A DNA stretch of 32,000 nucleotides from Thermodesulfobacterium commune DSM 2178 (GTDB lineage: Bacteria; Desulfobacterota; Thermodesulfobacteria; Thermodesulfobacteriales; Thermodesulfobacteriaceae): assembly GCF_000734015.1 (NCBI RefSeq), contig NZ_CP008796.1, positions 150,001 to 182,000 of the forward strand. The letters are read 5' to 3'. Numbering within the stretch: position 1 is the first letter of the stretch; each line of letters starts with the position of its first letter. Below the pieces are notes generated by a model, which did no database searches, had not been told where the DNA came from, and saw only the letters and a list, made by a program, of their open reading frames with translations. This document shows positions 26,862 to 32,000 of the stretch, piece after piece. Made by a program: the position numbers and the translations under genes.

Positions 26862-27959
26862 ATGAGAAGGATAATCTGTCTTTTATTTTGTTTGAGTTTT
26901 TTTCTGGTAGACCAGGCCTTTTCTGTAAGGCTTAAAGATATCAGCGAGGTAGAAGGGGTTAGGGGTAATTTTTTGGTAGGTTATGGACTGGTAGTTGGTC
27001 TTAAGCAAACAGGAGACGGAGATCAGACTAAGTTTACCGTGCAGTCCATAGTAAACATGCTTGAAAGGTTTGGGATTTTAGTGCCTAAGGAACAGGTGAA
27101 ATTGAAGAACGTGGCTGCTGTGATGGTTACTGCCTATTTACCTCCCTATGCTAAGCCAGGACAAAGGATAGATGTAGAGGTTTCTGCTATAGGTGATGCT
27201 AAAAGTCTTCAAGGAGGAACCTTATTGATGACCCCTTTAAAAGGTCCTGATGGTCAAGTTTATGCCTTAGCTCAGGGACCTATTTCTATAGGTGGTTTTG
27301 GGGCCCAAGGAGGTGGGGCTCAAGTTCAGGTAAACCATCCTACCGTAGGTAAAATCCCTAACGGAGCCATAGTAGAAAGGGAGGTTCCGATGGAAGACCT
27401 AAACAGTCTATCAAAGGTGGTTTTAAGCCTGAAAACCGAAGATTTTACCACGACTTCAAAGATAGTTGAGGCTATCAACACTTACTTAAAGGGAAACTAT
27501 GCAAAGGCTTTAGACCTTAAAAACATAGAACTAACCGTGCCTTCTAACTATCAGAAAAGGGTAGTAAAACTTTTGGGAGAAATAGGTAACCTTGAGGTTA
27601 TACCTGATAGCCCGGCAAGGGTGGTTATAGACGAAAAAACCGGTACGGTTATCATCGGAGAAAACGTAAAGATTTCAAGGGTAGCAGTAGCTCATGGAAA
27701 TTTAAGCGTTGAGATAAAAGAGACCCCAGAAGTTTCTCAGCCATACCCTCTTTCTCCAGGTGAAACGGTGGTAACTCCAAGAACAGAAATACAGGCTAAA
27801 GAACAAAAAGCAAAGATTGTGGTTTTAGAAGAAGGAGTAACCTTAGGAGAACTGGTTAGGGCCCTTAATGCAGTTGGAGCAACTCCAAGAGAGCTCATCG
27901 CTATCTTGCAGGCTATAAAGGCTGCAGGGGCTTTACACGCAGATTTGATAATCATATAA
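26862..27959 (+). CDS. flgI: flagellar P-ring protein FlgI
   Basis: I place the start at the ATG at 26862 (MRRIICLLFCLSFFLVDQAFS signal peptide, GAGGGAAGGG SD just upstream). VRLKDISEVEGVRGNFLVGYGLVVGLKQTGDG matches the canonical mature FlgI N-terminus. The track start at 26754 would overlap flgH by 98 nt. Confidence 0.9.
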   Translation: MRRIICLLFCLSFFLVDQAFSVRLKDISEVEGVRGNFLVGYGLVVGLKQTGDGDQTKFTVQSIVNMLERFGILVPKEQVKLKNVAAVMVTAYLPPYAKPGQRIDVEVSAIGDAKSLQGGTLLMTPLKGPDGQVYALAQGPISIGGFGAQGGGAQVQVNHPTVGKIPNGAIVEREVPMEDLNSLSKVVLSLKTEDFTTTSKIVEAINTYLKGNYAKALDLKNIELTVPSNYQKRVVKLLGEIGNLEVIPDSPARVVIDEKTGTVIIGENVKISRVAVAHGNLSVEIKETPEVSQPYPLSPGETVVTPRTEIQAKEQKAKIVVLEEGVTLGELVRALNAVGATPRELIAILQAIKAAGALHADLIII

Positions 27960-27972
27960 GAGGGCCTAAACG

Positions 27973-28293
27973 ATGAAAGCTTATGGGATTTACTATCAAA
28001 ACCTAAATGAGATAACCAATTTGGCAAAGAAAAACCCTAAAGCTGCGTTAAAAACCCTTTGTAATGAGTTTGAATCTCTTATTTGGTATGAGATTTTAAA
28101 AAACTTTGACCAATCTATGTTTAAAAGCAATTTATTCCCCGAAACCTTAGAAAAAAAGATTTATCAGGATTTTCTTTACCAAGAAATAGGAAGGAACGTA
28201 TCAGGAAGGCCAGGGAGTTTAGGGGATTATCTTTATCAAAACCTTTTAAAAAGCGCTTACCTAAAGAATAAGATAGAAAAATCCGATAAATAA
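27973..28293 (+). CDS. flgJ: FlgJ-like rod-binding protein (N-terminal FlgJ domain only, no muramidase domain)
   Basis: 106 aa. LCNEFESLIWYEILKNFDQSMFKSNLFP...IYQDFLYQEIGRNVSGRPGSLGDYLYQNL follows the Rod-binding (FlgJ N-domain) pattern. It occupies the position after flgI. Confidence 0.7.
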   Translation: MKAYGIYYQNLNEITNLAKKNPKAALKTLCNEFESLIWYEILKNFDQSMFKSNLFPETLEKKIYQDFLYQEIGRNVSGRPGSLGDYLYQNLLKSAYLKNKIEKSDK

Positions 28294-28315
28294 CTATACA
28301 GGAGGTGATTTTAAG

Positions 28316-28645
28316 ATGGTACGAAAAGAACTTATCGAACTAAAAGAAACTTTAGAAAAGGAAAAAAAGGCTCTTATGAAAGGGGCGATAGAGGAAATTT
28401 TAAAATGGGCTTCTTATAAAGCCAGGCTTGCAAACTCTTTAAAAGATAAAAATGACTTTACCAAAGAAGAACAAGAGATGTTGGAGGAGATTTTTAGAAT
28501 CAATGAAAAAAATAAAATGATAATCCAAGCTGGTCTTAATTTTGTAGAAGAAGCCTATAGTTTTTTAACCAACATCTTTTGTCAGCAAGAGACCTACGGA
28601 AAAGTTCCCCAACAACCTCCAAGGGTTATTTCTAAATCTGCTTAA
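28316..28645 (+). CDS. flgN: FlgN-like flagellar export chaperone (for FlgK/FlgL)
   Basis: 109 aa and helical. The LIELKETLEKEKKALMKG..IEEIL...K..LANSL ... INEKNKMIIQAGLNFVEEA layout parallels FlgN, including a C-terminal YG-containing tail. It lies directly upstream of flgK. A strong AGGAGGTGA SD is present. No FlgM-like C-terminus was seen. Confidence 0.55.
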   Translation: MVRKELIELKETLEKEKKALMKGAIEEILKWASYKARLANSLKDKNDFTKEEQEMLEEIFRINEKNKMIIQAGLNFVEEAYSFLTNIFCQQETYGKVPQQPPRVISKSA

Positions 28646-28654
28646 GGATAAGCT

Positions 28655-31600
28655 ATGGCTGGACTTACAAGCACTTTAAATATAGCTAAAAATTCGCTTC
28701 TTGCCTTTCAGTTAGCTACTCAGGTTATAGGACATAATATTTCTAACGTAAATAACGAGGCCTACTCCAGACAAAAGGTAGTAGAAACCACCTATCCTCC
28801 CAGTCCATCTCCCGTAGGACCTATAGGAACAGGTGTAAGGATAGACTTTATTAAAAGATATTTTGATGTTTTTTTAGAAAGAAACCTGAACCTAAAGTAT
28901 ACAGATTTGGGCCTATACAATGCAGAAGAGTCTGGACTTAACGTTTTAGAAAGCCTTTTTAACGAGGTAAGTGAAGGGGTTGGACTTACGACAGTTTTAA
29001 AGAATTTTTGGGATTCTTGGCAAGCCTTAGCTAACACCCCTGAAAATTTAGCTGCAAGAACGCAAGTTTTAGAGAACGGAAAGTTAATATCTGAAATTTT
29101 TCAAAGTAAGTTCCAAGGACTTAGAGATCTTGAAAACCAGATTGGGCTTAAACTTAAAACCATGGCAGAAAACATCAACAAAATATCTTCTCAAATCGCT
29201 GAATTAAACCTGCAGATTACCGCACTTGAGTCTGGAGGAAAAACCGCCAACGACCTAAGAGACCAAAGAGATAATCTTATTAGACAACTCTCACAGCTGG
29301 CTTCCATTCAGTATTTTGAAACCAAAGAAGGGGCTTATAACGTTGTTTTAGGTAAAGGGTTTAACCTGGTAAATTTGGATAGAACCTGGAAGCTTGAGAT
29401 CTCTGGTACAGATTTATACTGGGTAGATACTTCAGGAGCCAAAGTACCTATCTCAAGCAAAGAGGTAGCTTCCGGAGAACTTGGGGGTTGGTTGAGACTT
29501 CTTGAACAGCTCTCAGATAAATACAACTATGAATATGTTTCAGGAAACAAGATAAATTTTAATATTTGGGGGAGAGCGATTTCTGAGAGTGACAAACTCT
29601 CAGACCTTGGACTTTCTGGTACTGTAACCTTTAATGTTACAGGCACCGACCATTTTGGAAATGCTATCTCTGGAAGTATCTCTTATGACCTTTCAACCAA
29701 CCCTGACGTCACCTTAAGAGATCTTTTGGACCAAATAGAAGGATTTTACAACTATACAGTCAAAGCTTATATAAAGGATGGTAGGCTTTTTGTGGAAGAC
29801 AAATTTAGGGGTCCTGGAAAGATTAGTTTTTCTATAAGTGGGCCTTTTGATTTTGGAAACTTTTCAGACCCTGCTTATCAAAGAAGGGTAGAAGAGTTAA
29901 ATTTAGCAGGTAAACTTAAACTTTTTGGTGAAGATCTGGTAAAAGCTGTAAACGAGCTTCATACTCAAGGGGTAGGGCTTACGTTCTATACAGGAGAATT
30001 AGAAGGGGCTTATTCAGCCCAAAAATATATCAAAGAATTGCCCTATTTTCTTGACCTTGCCAAAAATCAGACAGGAAATCAATTTACAGGGTTTTTCTAT
30101 ATATGGATTAAAAATCCTCAAGGTCAGATTACTCCTGTAAAAGTATCGGTTGAAGGGTTATCTGTAAACGCTACCCTTGATGATTTAGCAAATATGATCA
30201 ATGTTTCCCTTCAACAAGCAGGTTTTTATGACCCTTCAGACCCAAATGCTACATATCTTAAGGTTTTGGTAAGAGGAGGGAAACTTGTCTTTCAGGCTAA
30301 AGACGGCTATGCTTTTGCCTTTTCAAACGATACCTCAGGGATTCTTCTTTCTACGGGGATAAATCTCTTTTTTGTAGGAACAGACCCAGAAGATTTTTCT
30401 GTAAACAATGCTCTTGTGCTAAAGCCAGAGTTAATTGCCTCAGGTAAGATGGACTTAAACGCCTTAAGAACAGAAAATTCTCTTTTTAAAACCTATAAGA
30501 GTGTTTCCACAGTTAACCCTTTTCAAACTTTTGATAATAGCTTAAGTAAAATTTATCTTAGGTTTTATGATGATAAGGTCAATCAGGTGCCTTTGTTTGA
30601 CCAAAACCCTTATAACGAGAAGGTTTTCTTTGTGTTAGGAGGTAATGTTTCTGAAAATACCAAATTGACAGACCTTGGGTTTTCTGACGGAACTATCATA
30701 AACTACGGAGGAACTCTTTATGATGGAACAGCAGTAGCCGGTACTTTTACGGTCAATCCTTTTAACACGGTAAAAGACCTTATGGAAGGCATTAGAGCTA
30801 CCTACAACTATACGGTAGAGGTTTATATAAAAGACGGGATGTTATGTATAGAAAATAAAACTGCAGGCGATAGTCAGTTAACCTTTAATTCTGTTGAGTT
30901 AACTCAGAATAGTTATTTTGGCCCTAACTATAGATGGAACGTTACCCCTTCTCAAGAGTATTTTGTAGAGATTCCTGTGGCCACAAACGAAGTCCTCTCT
31001 TCTATCCTTGCTAAAATAGACAGACTTCCTTATCTAAGAGCTTACGTTGATGCAGAAAATAAAGCGGTTTTAGGGCTTGAGGCTACCCAGACCAGAGCTT
31101 ATGCCTTTGAAATAGGAGACAACAGTAACAACGTAAACGGGTTTATAGATTTTTTGAGCGCTCAACAGATGTATATTCCTTCTTTTAGAGGAGACCCAGA
31201 TGTGGCTACCCTTAGGGTAACGACAGGTTTTGAAGACTTTGATTTAGATCCTATAGACGAGGACTATCTTTCATTTTATCTTTTTGATAAGAAAGGGAGT
31301 TACTTAGATACCTTCAGGGTAAGGCTTGATGATGGAAAGACTATTTTAGACGTGATCAAAGAGATCAATTCCCCTCAAAATGCAAAGTATGGTCTTTCTG
31401 CAAGGCTTGATAGGTCTGGAAAACTAATAATAGAAACTACCGGACTATATCAAACGGCAACTTTTGTAGTCCAAGATGAGTTCTATGATGGAATCAACTA
31501 TACCCAAACTAAATATGATCAAGGGTTTATAAATGCTCTTAAGGGTTATGAGTTTAAGAGAGGGGATAACCGCACAGCTCAGGCTATAGCTGACCTTTCT

Positions 31601-31879
31601 TCTGTTACCAGAAAAGATTTAAATTATGCTACCCTTGAGGACTATTACTCAAGTTTGGTAGGAGAGGTGGGGTCTGCTACCAAGGCTGTAAAAGATAACA
31701 AAAACTTTTTAGAGACGTTAATTTCTCAGATAAAGGCGATAAAAGATAGCATTTCAGGAGTTTCTTTAGACGAAGAGATGACCAATCTTATCAAATATCA
31801 GCAAGCCTTTGCTGCGGCTGCAAAAATTTTAACCTCAGTAGAAGATATGTTAGAAACCCTTATCAACGCAAAACGTTAA
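28655..31879 (+). CDS. flgK: flagellar hook-associated protein 1 (hook-filament junction) FlgK, unusually long (1074 aa)
   Basis: The N-terminus is MAGLTSTLNIAKNSLLAFQLATQVIGHNISNVNNEAYSRQ. The C-terminus is SGVSLDEEMTNLIKYQQAFAAAAKILTSVEDMLETLI. Internal FlgK landmarks are GELGGWL, AVNELHTQG, LFFVGT...LKPELIASG and GDNRTAQAIADL. It lies between flgN and flgL. Confidence 0.9.
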   Translation: MAGLTSTLNIAKNSLLAFQLATQVIGHNISNVNNEAYSRQKVVETTYPPSPSPVGPIGTGVRIDFIKRYFDVFLERNLNLKYTDLGLYNAEESGLNVLESLFNEVSEGVGLTTVLKNFWDSWQALANTPENLAARTQVLENGKLISEIFQSKFQGLRDLENQIGLKLKTMAENINKISSQIAELNLQITALESGGKTANDLRDQRDNLIRQLSQLASIQYFETKEGAYNVVLGKGFNLVNLDRTWKLEISGTDLYWVDTSGAKVPISSKEVASGELGGWLRLLEQLSDKYNYEYVSGNKINFNIWGRAISESDKLSDLGLSGTVTFNVTGTDHFGNAISGSISYDLSTNPDVTLRDLLDQIEGFYNYTVKAYIKDGRLFVEDKFRGPGKISFSISGPFDFGNFSDPAYQRRVEELNLAGKLKLFGEDLVKAVNELHTQGVGLTFYTGELEGAYSAQKYIKELPYFLDLAKNQTGNQFTGFFYIWIKNPQGQITPVKVSVEGLSVNATLDDLANMINVSLQQAGFYDPSDPNATYLKVLVRGGKLVFQAKDGYAFAFSNDTSGILLSTGINLFFVGTDPEDFSVNNALVLKPELIASGKMDLNALRTENSLFKTYKSVSTVNPFQTFDNSLSKIYLRFYDDKVNQVPLFDQNPYNEKVFFVLGGNVSENTKLTDLGFSDGTIINYGGTLYDGTAVAGTFTVNPFNTVKDLMEGIRATYNYTVEVYIKDGMLCIENKTAGDSQLTFNSVELTQNSYFGPNYRWNVTPSQEYFVEIPVATNEVLSSILAKIDRLPYLRAYVDAENKAVLGLEATQTRAYAFEIGDNSNNVNGFIDFLSAQQMYIPSFRGDPDVATLRVTTGFEDFDLDPIDEDYLSFYLFDKKGSYLDTFRVRLDDGKTILDVIKEINSPQNAKYGLSARLDRSGKLIIETTGLYQTATFVVQDEFYDGINYTQTKYDQGFINALKGYEFKRGDNRTAQAIADLSSVTRKDLNYATLEDYYSSLVGEVGSATKAVKDNKNFLETLISQIKAIKDSISGVSLDEEMTNLIKYQQAFAAAAKILTSVEDMLETLINAKR
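29549..29836 (+). repeat. FlgK internal module copy 1 (residues ~299-394), paralogous to 30620..30892
   Basis: KINFNIWGRAISESDKLSDLGLSGTVTFNVTG...VTLRDLLDQIEGFYNYTVKAYIKDGRLFVEDKFRGPGKISFS aligns by eye along its whole length with copy 2. A DNA-level remnant (TACAACTATAC.GT...TTATATAAA.GA.GG) is shared by both copies. Confidence 0.7.
30620..30892 (+). repeat. FlgK internal module copy 2 (residues ~656-746), paralogous to 29549..29836
   Basis: KVFFVLGGNVSENTKLTDLGFSDGTIINYGG...NTVKDLMEGIRATYNYTVEVYIKDGMLCIENKTAGDSQLTFN. My hand alignment gives roughly 40 percent identity to copy 1. Confidence 0.7.
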
Positions 31880-31896
31880 TATAAGAGGGTAAGACC

Positions 31897-32000
31897 ATGA
31901 GAATAGGTTTTAACACCAAATATAATAGTGTACTTACAGACCTAAACCGACTTTCTTCTGACTTAAACCTCACCCAACTTAAGATCTCTTCAGGTAAAAA
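31897..32000 (+). CDS. flgL: flagellar hook-associated protein 3 FlgL, N-terminal fragment (runs off the right window edge)
   Basis: My translation from the ATG at 31897 (AGAGGGT SD upstream) is MRIGFNTKYNSVLTDLNRLSSDLNLTQLKISSGK. This matches the flagellin/FlgL N-terminal pattern (MRI..n....l..l......l...q.qlsSGk). It occupies the position after flgK. Confidence 0.7.
   Translation, partial: MRIGFNTKYNSVLTDLNRLSSDLNLTQLKISSGK

Noticed and set aside
1060-29526. All other short opposite-strand or overlapping track ORFs: 1060-1308, 1874-2152, 3730-4056, 4786-4968, 5731-5967, 8793-8984, 9245-9448, 10001-10183, 10600-10818, 11840-12169, 12103-12288, 16374-16604, 16426-16611, 17058-17366, 18986-19234, 24512-24793, 25862-26095, 27737-28027, 28792-29037, 29335-29526
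   Set aside because: Each is nested in or overlaps a gene with clear family signatures on the other strand or in another frame. The translated sequences are low-complexity and no start context supports them.
1-32000. Search for selenoprotein genes or SECIS elements prompted by the presence of selB
   Set aside because: I found no pair of adjacent same-frame ORFs split by a single TGA, and no family that usually carries selenocysteine (formate dehydrogenase, hydrogenase, SelD and so on) in this window.
1-32000. CRISPR arrays, tRNA/rRNA/tmRNA genes, transposases, integrases, phage or known defence genes
   Set aside because: There are no regularly spaced repeats. No GC-rich structured segment appears in any intergenic gap; the largest gaps (226, 207 and 272 nt) are all AT-rich. 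No ORF shows recombinase or defence-family motifs.

Overview
This is a low-GC, tightly packed bacterial chromosome segment. Its predicted proteins are rich in K, E and I, which looks thermophile-like. My best guess is a Thermodesulfobacteriota- or Aquificota-type diderm, but that is inference only.

- **Left part (1-8358, minus strand):** one long, translationally coupled string of unrelated housekeeping genes: purM, glyQ, glyS, selB, a family-4 uracil-DNA glycosylase, an NfeD membrane protease and a secreted ORF that runs off the edge.
- **Middle:** an orphan small ORF, a periplasmic rhodanese, an MscS channel and a RACo-like 2Fe-2S/ASKHA protein followed by psd-pssA. Then come remA-gmk-rlmB, a minus-strand trio of putative nucleic-acid hydrolases (BFN/DUF151, PHP, HsdR_N-like), lysS, a single lolC/E-type permease with lolD, and bamA.
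- **Right quarter (23863-32000):** a flagellar block, flgF-flgG-flgA-flgH-flgI, a single-domain flgJ-like gene, flgN, flgK and the start of flgL.

I saw no rRNA, tRNA, CRISPR array, transposase, integrase or recognisable named defence system.

The most unusual object is a 1074-aa FlgK, about twice the enterobacterial size. It carries three separate insertions built from about five repeat-like modules, two of which are clear paralogues. The second lead is the tightly coupled BFN-PHP-HsdR_N-like trio. I cannot show from sequence alone that either is a new system. Both are leads that need HMM, structure and synteny checks.
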